This document shows, piece after piece, positions 1 to 8,469 of a stretch of 47,700 bases of DNA. The stretch is from a bacterium (GTDB taxonomy: Bacteria; JACRDZ01; JAQUKH01), in assembly GCA_028719205.1 (NCBI GenBank), contig JAQUKH010000022.1, positions 1 to 47,700 of the forward strand, written 5' to 3'. Each line of letters begins with the position of its first letter. Position 1 is the first letter of the stretch. The position numbers were made by a program, and so were the translations under genes. Under the pieces are notes generated by a model. That model was not told where the DNA came from. It worked only from the letters and a program-made list of their open reading frames with translations, and did not search any database.

Positions 1-1
1 G

Positions 2-559
2 ATAAACTATGAATATTATTTTTCATCTATGACATCAAACGCTTTCAAATTACAGCCTGATATTATTGACCCGGCTGAAAAGGTCCTTATTTTAGGCGGC
101 CAGGCTGAATATCCTGTTTCAAAAAACCTGATGGTTTCCGCGGATTATAAAAATTATAATTATAAAATATCAGGCAGGGCTGATTATTACGGCGGGGAAG
201 GGAAATATTCGGTTTCCGATATTTGGGGGTTAGGTTCGGGTATACACCGTATGAACGGCAAAGATGACGAGTCAGGATATTATGAATCGAGAGTATATGT
301 TTACAGGAATTTCGCTAAGATAGATGCTGTTATTGACCTGTTCGATGTTGCTTATGACGAAAAGATCAATGATGTGAAAAATGCTTATTCCGGTACACTG
401 GCTATTGGTTATAAACCTAATAAAAAAATCCATTTAAGTTCTGATCTTTCGTATTTACACAACCCGGAATTCAACAACGATGTAAGGTTGTTTTTTAAGT
501 TTATCTATGGATTTGATATCAGCAAAGGAGATGAAAGCCGTGAAAAAGGTGTTGATTAA
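2..559 (+). CDS. Outer-membrane beta-barrel protein, 3' part (probable porin of a porin-cytochrome cluster)
   Basis: Frame open from window start; alternating aromatic/hydrophobic strands (YYESRVYVY, RLFFKFIYGF); directly upstream of two multiheme cytochromes. Confidence 0.6.
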   Translation: MNYEYYFSSMTSNAFKLQPDIIDPAEKVLILGGQAEYPVSKNLMVSADYKNYNYKISGRADYYGGEGKYSVSDIWGLGSGIHRMNGKDDESGYYESRVYVYRNFAKIDAVIDLFDVAYDEKINDVKNAYSGTLAIGYKPNKKIHLSSDLSYLHNPEFNNDVRLFFKFIYGFDISKGDESREKGVD

Positions 560-983
560 ACTTGTTCCTATAATAATTATTATGGCGGCTCTTTCAGGGA
601 TTTTCGCTTGTGCAGCAACAAGAGGGATAGAAAGAGAACATCCTGAAAAAGTTACCGGATTGCCTGTATGCGAAGATTGCCACGAAGATGAAAGAAAGGA
701 ATTAAACCATACACCTATTTTCAGCACCAGGCACAAAATTTATGCGAGACGGCAAATACGTATTTGTAATACATGCCACAAAGAATCTTTTTGCTCAGAT
801 TGCCACGCTCATAAAGATGAAATAAATGCCGCGGATAAATATAAAGATTCACCGGAAAGATTTTTCCAGCACAGGGGGGATTATATAACACAGCATAAAA
901 TAGACGGGCAAGTTAATCCCGCTTCTTGTGTAAAATGCCATGGCAGGCAGAATAATGAAAAATGCAGATTGTGCCACGGATAG
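540..983 (+). CDS. Pentaheme c-type cytochrome, probable lipoprotein
   Basis: CEDCH, CNTCH, CSDCH, CVKCH, CRLCH; signal peptide ending IFAC; GTG start chosen from AAGGAG at 525-530. Confidence 0.85.
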   Translation: MKKVLIKLVPIIIIMAALSGIFACAATRGIEREHPEKVTGLPVCEDCHEDERKELNHTPIFSTRHKIYARRQIRICNTCHKESFCSDCHAHKDEINAADKYKDSPERFFQHRGDYITQHKIDGQVNPASCVKCHGRQNNEKCRLCHG

Positions 984-988
984 CAAAT

Positions 989-1615
989 ATGAAAGTTGGC
1001 TTATCAATTATATTTATAGTTTTATTGTTGTTTGCATCCTGCAGTGACAGAAATCAGGGATCCGTTTTAGACCCTTCTACAGGAAGGCATTACGGAAACT
1101 GGATTTCTGACCACAGGGAAAATTATCTTGAAGGTAAAAACGATTGCACTGTGTGCCATGGGAATGACCTTAAAGGCGGAATATCAAATGTTAGTTGTTT
1201 TTCCTTAAATTTCGGGGATATGTCATGCCATCCTGAAGGCCCTCCTTCAATGCATCCGTCCGGATGGCGAAAGCCTTCAAATCACGGTGCATCTGCAAAG
1301 TCCGCTCCTGATTTTGATCCTGAGGCGAGAAAAGGATTTTCACGCTGTCAGAAATGCCATGGAAATGATTTTTCAGGCGGTATTGCGAATATTTCTTGTT
1401 TTGTCTGTCATGGTGTCAATGCGCCGCATCCTAAAAAACCATGGCGTAGTGACAAAATAACACATCAAACTACAAATATAGCTAACGTGCCTGTATGTTC
1501 CGAATGCCATACTAACGGAGCCAATTCTACTCATAAACCGGATATTATAGCACCTTCAGGGACTTTGCCAGGATGTTTTAATGGTACTCTTTGCCATTCA
1601 GGAGAAAATGAATAG
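989..1615 (+). CDS. Multiheme c-type cytochrome lipoprotein (4 CxxCH plus CX9CH and CX5CH)
   Basis: Lipobox LFASC; CTVCH, CQKCH, CFVCH, CSECH, CFSLNFGDMSCH, CFNGTLCH; paralogous to N-terminus of 27396-29960. Confidence 0.85.
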   Translation: MKVGLSIIFIVLLLFASCSDRNQGSVLDPSTGRHYGNWISDHRENYLEGKNDCTVCHGNDLKGGISNVSCFSLNFGDMSCHPEGPPSMHPSGWRKPSNHGASAKSAPDFDPEARKGFSRCQKCHGNDFSGGIANISCFVCHGVNAPHPKKPWRSDKITHQTTNIANVPVCSECHTNGANSTHKPDIIAPSGTLPGCFNGTLCHSGENE

Positions 1616-1644
1616 GGATGCCGGCAATAATCCTTATTAAAGAA

Positions 1645-1704
1645 GAAAAAAGTCAGAAAAAAACAGAACCACCACCTTTATCTTTTTTTGGAAAAGTGTA
1701 ATAT
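1645..1704 (+). promoter_or_regulatory. Island promoter module copy 1
   Basis: GAAAAAAGTCAGAAAAAAACAG; TTTATC 1677-1682; TAATAT 1699-1704. Confidence 0.8.
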
Positions 1705-1746
1705 AAAAAAGGAAATATGAAAATGGAATATAAAAAGGAGGAAAAA

Positions 1747-2121
1747 ATGAATCAAAAAAATTTATTAAAAATATTAAGCATTTTATTTATAGGAATATTT
1801 TTATGCCTGGAAGCAGGGTGCAAAAGCAGTTCAAATTCAACATCTTCCTCCGATACCAGTGGTTTTCAGGTAACATCTTCAGCGACTAACGGCCATACGC
1901 ATTCCGTTACAATATTATCTGCTGACCTTGCGAGTTTACCCGCCGCCGGTGCTACCTATACCAGTACTTCGTCCGGCGGTTCATATTACAGTTCCGGCCA
2001 TACGCATACCATTTTTTTGAGCCAGCAGCAGCTTACGGCAATTAATAGCGGTTCAACAGTTACTGTTACTTCTTCCGTCACTGAATCTCATACTCATGAT
2101 TGGGTGATTACCAAATCGTAA
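1747..2121 (+). CDS. Ser/Thr-rich lipoprotein with three HTH (His-Thr-His) motifs, putative metal binder
   Basis: AAGGAGG RBS 1735-1741; lipobox LEAGC; GHTH, GHTH, SHTH. Confidence 0.7.
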   Translation: MNQKNLLKILSILFIGIFLCLEAGCKSSSNSTSSSDTSGFQVTSSATNGHTHSVTILSADLASLPAAGATYTSTSSGGSYYSSGHTHTIFLSQQQLTAINSGSTVTVTSSVTESHTHDWVITKS

Positions 2122-2143
2122 CAAATAAATCAAAAAGGGATCT

Positions 2144-3457
2144 ATGATAGATTTCAGGAAGTATAAAAAAATAGAATTTCTAAAAACCGCGCAAGTTAAA
2201 AATATTCAAAATACTTTATTTAAACAACATTTGAACTATTTAACAAATAATTCACCATATTATTCTAAACTATTTAAAAAACAAAACATTAACATTAATA
2301 AATATTGCCTCGAAAATATAAGTGATTTACCTTTTACCGATAAATCCGATTTTGAAAAATATAACAGTGAATTCCTGGCAGTGCCTTACTCAAAAATATC
2401 TGATATTGTTTTATCCTCAGGAACAACCGGAAAGCCGACAAAAATAATGTATACTGAAAATGATCTTTTACGGCTTGCTTTCAATGAGGAAATTGCTTTG
2501 AAAAGATGCGGCATAAGCCGGGAGGATACGGTTTTATTAACCTGTACCATGGATCGTTGTTTTGTCGCGGGATTGGCTTATTATTCAGGAGCAAGAAAAA
2601 TCGGCGCGAAAACTTTAAGGAACGGCCTTAATAATTTTGAGAGCCACATGGATCTGATCAACAGAATGAAACCTACCGCTGTAATAGGTGTCCCGTCATT
2701 GATGTATAAATTAGGTTTATTTATAAAATCCAGAGGTATAGATCCAAAAGAAACATCAATACGAAAAATGATATGTATTGGAGAACCATTAAGGGACAGA
2801 GATCTTTCCTTGTTAAAAATCGGTGAATATCTTGAAAAAATGTGGAAGGCTGAAATATTTTCAACCTACGCGTCTTCTGAAACTATTACAACTTTTTGTG
2901 AATGTTCCGCTCAAAAAGGCGGGCATATGAATCCGGCCCTGGCCATTATGGAGATAGTAAATGATAAGGGAGAAACACTGCCACCCGGAGTGGCGGGAGA
3001 GATAGTTATGACGCCGCTTTTTATTGACGGAATGCCTTTATTGAGATTTAAAACCGGGGATATCAGTTTTTTTATAGATGCGCCTTGTCCCTGCGGGCGT
3101 TCTTCCGTCCGTATCGGGCCGGTCCTGGGAAGAAAAAAACAAATGATCAAATATTGCGGAACGACATTTTATCCTCAATCCATTAATTCTGTTTTAGACG
3201 GTATTCCGGCAGTTACTGAATATTATATGGTTGTTTCCAGTGATTTCGATCTTTCTGACAAGGTAAAGGTTTATGTTTCAACCAGTGATAAATCTTGTGA
3301 GGTAAATTATATTTCCGAGAAACTTAAGTCACATTTAAGAGTTAAACCTGAGGTTATTCTATCGGCTGAAGAAGACATAAAAAAGCAGGTTTATAACGGA
3401 AACTCAAGAAAACCCGTAAGATTCATAGACGAAAGGAAAACCGCCAATGAATTTTAA
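2144..3457 (+). CDS. Phenylacetate-CoA ligase family (ANL adenylating enzyme)
   Basis: SSGTTGKP P-loop, YASSE, RFKTGD, CPCGR motifs. Confidence 0.85.
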   Translation: MIDFRKYKKIEFLKTAQVKNIQNTLFKQHLNYLTNNSPYYSKLFKKQNININKYCLENISDLPFTDKSDFEKYNSEFLAVPYSKISDIVLSSGTTGKPTKIMYTENDLLRLAFNEEIALKRCGISREDTVLLTCTMDRCFVAGLAYYSGARKIGAKTLRNGLNNFESHMDLINRMKPTAVIGVPSLMYKLGLFIKSRGIDPKETSIRKMICIGEPLRDRDLSLLKIGEYLEKMWKAEIFSTYASSETITTFCECSAQKGGHMNPALAIMEIVNDKGETLPPGVAGEIVMTPLFIDGMPLLRFKTGDISFFIDAPCPCGRSSVRIGPVLGRKKQMIKYCGTTFYPQSINSVLDGIPAVTEYYMVVSSDFDLSDKVKVYVSTSDKSCEVNYISEKLKSHLRVKPEVILSAEEDIKKQVYNGNSRKPVRFIDERKTANEF

Positions 3458-4613
3458 TAATTGTGTAGTGCCTGAATTTCCAAAGGAAATGATAGAAAAT
3501 GCCATAATAGATAATAATCTTTTGACCATGGAGATTGAGTTTACAAGAGCGTGTAACCTCAATTGTGTGTATTGTTACATGGATAATAATTTGTTTTGTG
3601 AATCCCGCGAATGTGATTTGACAAGAGAGGAATTCCAAAATGTTATTATGCAGGCAAAAGACCTTGGGGTGAAAACTATTGTTGTTCTTGGCGGAGAGCC
3701 TATGTTATATCCATACATCTCTGATATGATAAAATTTATCAGGAAACAGGATTTGTATATAGAAATATTCAGCAATGGAATTAACGTAACCGAATTTAAC
3801 GCGCGATTTCTATTTGAGCATGATGTGACTTTTGTTCTTAAAATGAATACTTTTATTGAAAAACTACAGGATTTAATTTCAGGGAAGGAAGGTACTTACG
3901 CGCAGATCCAGGAAGCATTTAAAAATCTGGAAAATGCCGGGTATCTTAAGGAAAAAAATCTTTTAGGAATAAGTTCGGTTATTTGTAATCAGAATATTGA
4001 TGAAATAGTTAAATTATGGCAATGGGCGAGAGAGCGGAAGATCACTCCCTATTTTGAAATAATTACGCCGCAGGGCAGTGCCAGAGCAAATAATGGATTA
4101 TATATTAATTACAAAGAAATGAAGGACCTGTTTTATATTATTTCCAACATTGACCGTGGGACTTACGGGTATACCTGGGAACCGCAGCCTCCTTTAGTCG
4201 GAATGAAATGCCTCAGGCATCAATATTCGTGCCTGGTAACATCCTGTGGAAATGTGCAGCCGTGTGTGGGAGTAAATATAAAAGCCGGAAATGTAAAAGA
4301 GAAAAGCCTGCGGGAAATAATTAAAAATAGCGAGGTTATACAAAATCTAAGGAATTACCGTCAAACGATAAAGGGCCATTGCGGCCATTGCGTTAATTCG
4401 GATAATTGTTACGGCTGCCGGGGTACCGCTTACCAATTGACCGGAGATTATCTGGCATCAGATCCATTATGCTGGAAAAACGCGGAGAGAGAGAATTATA
4501 TCAAGTCTTATGTCGGAAGAATGCAGGCAAAAAACAGGAATAAATTTGCCGCTAAAAACTATTCAAATGAGGAATACCTTGTCAAAGCTAAACGCGGTAA
4601 TTACTTCTTGTGA
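3447..4613 (+). CDS. Radical SAM/SPASM protein
   Basis: CNLNCVYC; GGEP; SPASM cysteines CGHC..CYGCRG..DPLC. Confidence 0.9.
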   Translation: MNFNNCVVPEFPKEMIENAIIDNNLLTMEIEFTRACNLNCVYCYMDNNLFCESRECDLTREEFQNVIMQAKDLGVKTIVVLGGEPMLYPYISDMIKFIRKQDLYIEIFSNGINVTEFNARFLFEHDVTFVLKMNTFIEKLQDLISGKEGTYAQIQEAFKNLENAGYLKEKNLLGISSVICNQNIDEIVKLWQWARERKITPYFEIITPQGSARANNGLYINYKEMKDLFYIISNIDRGTYGYTWEPQPPLVGMKCLRHQYSCLVTSCGNVQPCVGVNIKAGNVKEKSLREIIKNSEVIQNLRNYRQTIKGHCGHCVNSDNCYGCRGTAYQLTGDYLASDPLCWKNAERENYIKSYVGRMQAKNRNKFAAKNYSNEEYLVKAKRGNYFL

Positions 4614-5727
4614 TATGTTAACAGCATATGGCCTTGGAACAGAGCTGTGCTGGAATGGACTTCTTTCCAAAAAAACAGCAATATCAAAATTGAACAGGTT
4701 TGATACTTTTCCGTTTAAGACTGATTACGCCGCGATTGTTCCGGGGCTTGAGTATCTTAAAAATGATTCTTTGTCCGCGCAAATGTTCAAACTTTTGTTT
4801 CAAGGGAAGAAAGGCCTGATCCCTGAAGATTCTAAGCTTATTCTGGCTACGATCAAAGGAGAAATTGATCTTCTTGAAAAAAACATTCTTGAAAAAAAAG
4901 ATGAATATCCAAAATCCGGATTTAATTCCATGCTGGAAAAACTATCCGTTACCGCAAGAATAAAAGACGGGGGTATGATCATTTCATCCGCGTGCACTTC
5001 TTCTTCAGCCGCGATCGCGATAGCGGGAGCGATGATTCAAAACAGTGAATGTGACAGTATTCTGGTTGCAGCCTGTGATTGTGTTTCAGAATTTGTGTTT
5101 GCCGGGTTTTCATTATTAAACGCATTGGATAAATTCCCGGCTAAACCTTTTGACCGTAATAGAAACGGGCTGACTCTTGGTGAAGGCGCGGGTTTTATTT
5201 TAATAATGAGCGAGTCAAGAGCAAAAAAAGAAAAAAGAAAAATTCTTGGAGTAATTAAAGGTTTTGGATTAAGCAATGATGCCAGCCACATGTTAAGGCC
5301 ATCTCTGGATGGGAACGGTTTAATAATTGCTGTAAGAAAAGCGCTAAGGATGGCAGAAATTAATGAAGAAAATATAAACTTAATTTCTGCTCACGGCACA
5401 GGAACTATTTATAACGATAAAATGGAAATGAACGCTTTTAGCAAAATATTTGAAAACAAAAAACCTGTTTACTCGGTCAAAGGTGGAATTGGCCACACAA
5501 TGGGCGCGGCGGGATTGATAGAAACGATGATAGCGTTAAAATCCTTAAAAGAATCAATTATTCCGCCTACAGTTAACCTGGAAGACGTTGACGAAGAAGC
5601 GAAAGGCTGGGTTTCCGCTTGTGAACGCCCGCTTAACGGGGATAGAACAGTTTTATTAACAAATTCGGGATTTGGCGGAACAAATGCTGCATTGATCCTG
5701 TCCTTACACGATTTGGATAAAAAATGA
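4579..5727 (+). CDS. Beta-ketoacyl-ACP synthase (FabF/FabB-like)
   Basis: ACTSS catalytic Cys, AHGTGT, GHTMGAAG, GFGGTN; start uncertain (TTG 4579 after GAGGA, or ATG 4567/4510). Confidence 0.85.
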   Translation: MSKLNAVITSCDMLTAYGLGTELCWNGLLSKKTAISKLNRFDTFPFKTDYAAIVPGLEYLKNDSLSAQMFKLLFQGKKGLIPEDSKLILATIKGEIDLLEKNILEKKDEYPKSGFNSMLEKLSVTARIKDGGMIISSACTSSSAAIAIAGAMIQNSECDSILVAACDCVSEFVFAGFSLLNALDKFPAKPFDRNRNGLTLGEGAGFILIMSESRAKKEKRKILGVIKGFGLSNDASHMLRPSLDGNGLIIAVRKALRMAEINEENINLISAHGTGTIYNDKMEMNAFSKIFENKKPVYSVKGGIGHTMGAAGLIETMIALKSLKESIIPPTVNLEDVDEEAKGWVSACERPLNGDRTVLLTNSGFGGTNAALILSLHDLDKK

Positions 5728-5748
5728 AGGTTTTTCTGGAGCAGAATT

Positions 5749-6285
5749 ATGGTTTTTATCGGTGGGTTGGGTTTTTCCAAAATAACGTTTAACGCTATAG
5801 GCCTTGCGTTAAAAGATGCCGGGATGAATTGTCAATCAATACCCGGGCAGGATATCGGCATTATCGGTACAAATACCTCAGGATGCGTAAATTCAGATAT
5901 CGATTATTTAAATAATTATTTAAATGCTGGCCGGAATTCATACCAGAAAAAACTTTTTATTCATACCATGCCCTCCAGTTTCTTAAGTGAATCAGCGATT
6001 TATTACAAATTCCAGGGGCCTGTATTTTACATGACTATGTTAGACAGGTCATTAGCAGGGGCGGTAAAAATAGCATCCAATATGATTGAACTCGGAGAGG
6101 CATCTATTATGCTTGCGGGCTCATCAGAAGAAGAAAATTCATTGTATTTTGTTCTTGGCAGGGGAGCTTCTTTCCCCCGGGGAATCGTATGCGATATTGG
6201 TAAAGCTGAATTTATCTTTAACAGGAATCTGAATTTTCCTGAAATGGCAGAGGAGTTTCAAAAAATCAGGAAGGAGAAGAATTAG
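5749..6285 (+). CDS. Short ketosynthase N-terminal-like (chain-length-factor-like) protein
   Basis: DIGIIGTN, LFIHTMPS, AIYYKFQGP resemble KS N-terminal segments; no catalytic Cys/His set. Confidence 0.6.
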   Translation: MVFIGGLGFSKITFNAIGLALKDAGMNCQSIPGQDIGIIGTNTSGCVNSDIDYLNNYLNAGRNSYQKKLFIHTMPSSFLSESAIYYKFQGPVFYMTMLDRSLAGAVKIASNMIELGEASIMLAGSSEEENSLYFVLGRGASFPRGIVCDIGKAEFIFNRNLNFPEMAEEFQKIRKEKN

Positions 6286-7599
6286 ATGCGGGTTTTATTG
6301 ATCTCTTCAAATACCTCTAAGTCACCCTTTCCGGTTTATCCCATTGGCTGCAGTTTGATCTCAGCCGCGTTAACTTGCGCGGGCCATGAAACATCGATCT
6401 ATGATTTTTTAGAACGTAAACATTCATTTGATACGCTCGAGAAAGAAATAAAAAATGTTAATCCGGGGATAATAGGGATATCCATTCGAAATATTGACAA
6501 TACCAACATGCTTAATGAAAAATATTATATAGATGACATCAAAAATATCGTAAAAAAAATCAAAAATATTACAAATGTGCCGCTGGTTTTGGGAGGAGCG
6601 GGATTCTCGCTCATGCCTGATATTATTTTAAAAGAAACAGGGGCTGATTATGGAATAATCGGCGAGGGAGAATCCTTAATGGCTGATTTTGTCAATGACG
6701 CTGGCCGGGGAATTTTTCCCGGGGAGCGTATTATAAGAGGAAATAATAAAATTTCAGGGATAGAAATTCCACGGGCTGTATATGAGCCTGATTTGATGAA
6801 TTATTATTTGAGCAGGAAAAGTATTATCCCGATCCAGACTAAACGTGGATGTAACCACAGGTGTGTTTATTGCACTTATCCTTTTTTGGAAGGAACCAAA
6901 ATCCGTCCGAGAGATCCCGATTCAGTTATTGATGATATCGAAATGCTTGCTGAAAAATATAAAGTAAAATATATCTCTTTCAATGACGCGGTTTTTAATG
7001 ATGATGGAGGCCTTTATCTCGATCTTATGGAAAAAATGGAAAGGCGTAGCGTAAAAATATCATGGTTTAGTTTTTTTAAGCCGAAGGGCTTGACTAAAGA
7101 TATTATTGAATTGATGAAGCGGACCGGCCTTTCAGCCGCGGAGATCGGCTCGGACGCGGTTACAAACAGTACACTAAAGAAATTAGGGAAAGATTTTTCT
7201 TTTCAGAATATTTTAGATTGTAATAATTTGTTTAGTGGATCCGGGATCCCTGTCTCGCATTTTGTAATGTTTGGCGGGCCGGGTGAAACGAAGGAAACGG
7301 TACTGGAAGGGATTAAAAACATAAAAGCTTTAAAAAATTCTATCTTGTTTATTTTTATGGGGATAAGGATATTGCCAAATACTTCTCTTTCCAGTATCGC
7401 GATCGATGAAAAAATTATTGCGTCAAATACTGAATTACTCAAACCTGTTTATTATATTTCACCCGCGATTGATAAAGACTGGCTTAAGGAAACCCTGGCA
7501 AACGCTTTTTCTAATAATGAAAACTATATATTTCCTCCTGATGAAATTCAAATGGCAAAGGTATTTTTTAAATCCATAGAAAAAAATATTTCTCATTAA
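6286..7599 (+). CDS. B12-binding radical SAM protein (lipid-biosynthesis type)
   Basis: N-terminal PVYPIG and SIRNIDN cobalamin-domain motifs; RGCNHRCVYCTY; ketosynthase context. Confidence 0.85.
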   Translation: MRVLLISSNTSKSPFPVYPIGCSLISAALTCAGHETSIYDFLERKHSFDTLEKEIKNVNPGIIGISIRNIDNTNMLNEKYYIDDIKNIVKKIKNITNVPLVLGGAGFSLMPDIILKETGADYGIIGEGESLMADFVNDAGRGIFPGERIIRGNNKISGIEIPRAVYEPDLMNYYLSRKSIIPIQTKRGCNHRCVYCTYPFLEGTKIRPRDPDSVIDDIEMLAEKYKVKYISFNDAVFNDDGGLYLDLMEKMERRSVKISWFSFFKPKGLTKDIIELMKRTGLSAAEIGSDAVTNSTLKKLGKDFSFQNILDCNNLFSGSGIPVSHFVMFGGPGETKETVLEGIKNIKALKNSILFIFMGIRILPNTSLSSIAIDEKIIASNTELLKPVYYISPAIDKDWLKETLANAFSNNENYIFPPDEIQMAKVFFKSIEKNISH

Positions 7600-7603
7600 A
7601 GTA

Positions 7604-7663
7604 GAAAAAAGTCAGAAAAAAGCAGAACCATCACCTTTATCTTTTCCCGGGAAAGTGTAATAT
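7604..7663 (+). promoter_or_regulatory. Island promoter module copy 2
   Basis: GAAAAAAGTCAGAAAAAAGCAG; TTTATC 7636-7641; TAATAT 7658-7663; nearly identical to copy 1. Confidence 0.8.
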
Positions 7664-7689
7664 AAAAAAATAAAGGAAAAGGCTGGTTT

Positions 7690-8457
7690 ATGTCAATATT
7701 TTATTTGAAATCTATCTTGTCAATTGTGCTTCTTGCGGTTGCCATGATTTCCATGTTTACCATGTTTGAAATATTCGGGAAAAGCGAGAAGAAATATAAT
7801 ATCGAAAAACTCAAAAAGTTCCATAGAATAAACGGCCGTATATATATTATAATATTTTTATTTATATCCTATTATTGTATTAACTCGATGATGGCTTCAA
7901 AGGCGGAACTTTCTTCCCGTGGGGCTTTTCATAGCGTGTTTTCTCTGGCTGTAATAGTTCTCTTTGCCCTTAAACTTTCCTATATCAGGATTTACAAGCA
8001 ATACTATGGAAGAGTGCAGATGATAGGCCTCTTAATTGCTTTGCTGACTTTTGGCATGATGGGGACTTCCGGGGCGTATTTTCTTCTCGTTACAAAATTT
8101 GGACAAGATAGAACGTTCGAAGAGATCATGGAATATAAAACTAAAAGCCCTCAGGCTGTCAAGGGAAAAGAAGAAAAAATAACAGCAATAAGGACGGATC
8201 CTGAAAGTATCGGCAAGGGGAAAAACCTTTTTGACGCAAAATGCAGTTTCTGTCATGATCCATATGATATAAAATTCATTGTCGGCCCCGGGCTTAAAGG
8301 TATATTGAAAAATCCTGAACTCCCCATAAGCAAAAAACAGGCAAATGCTGAGAATATAGTTCATCAATTAAGAGAGCCTTTAAGCCAAATGCCGTCCTTT
8401 AACTATCTTTTGAAAGAAGATATAGAGAATATAATCGCTTTTTTGAATACTCTTTAA
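7690..8457 (+). CDS. Four-TM membrane protein fused to C-terminal monoheme cytochrome c
   Basis: Hydrophobic helices with His (FHRING, FHSV); CSFCH and distal MP. Confidence 0.8.
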   Translation: MSIFYLKSILSIVLLAVAMISMFTMFEIFGKSEKKYNIEKLKKFHRINGRIYIIIFLFISYYCINSMMASKAELSSRGAFHSVFSLAVIVLFALKLSYIRIYKQYYGRVQMIGLLIALLTFGMMGTSGAYFLLVTKFGQDRTFEEIMEYKTKSPQAVKGKEEKITAIRTDPESIGKGKNLFDAKCSFCHDPYDIKFIVGPGLKGILKNPELPISKKQANAENIVHQLREPLSQMPSFNYLLKEDIENIIAFLNTL

Positions 8458-8469
8458 GCTGGAGTAATT

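Noticed and set aside
5724-5792. Short ORF starting at the ATGA overlap with the ketosynthase stop
   Set aside because: Only 22 codons and no motif; the 5749 frame carries the KS-like sequence
1645-7663. Module as a structured ncRNA or riboswitch
   Set aside because: No conserved pairing, and it lies upstream of the predicted transcription starts
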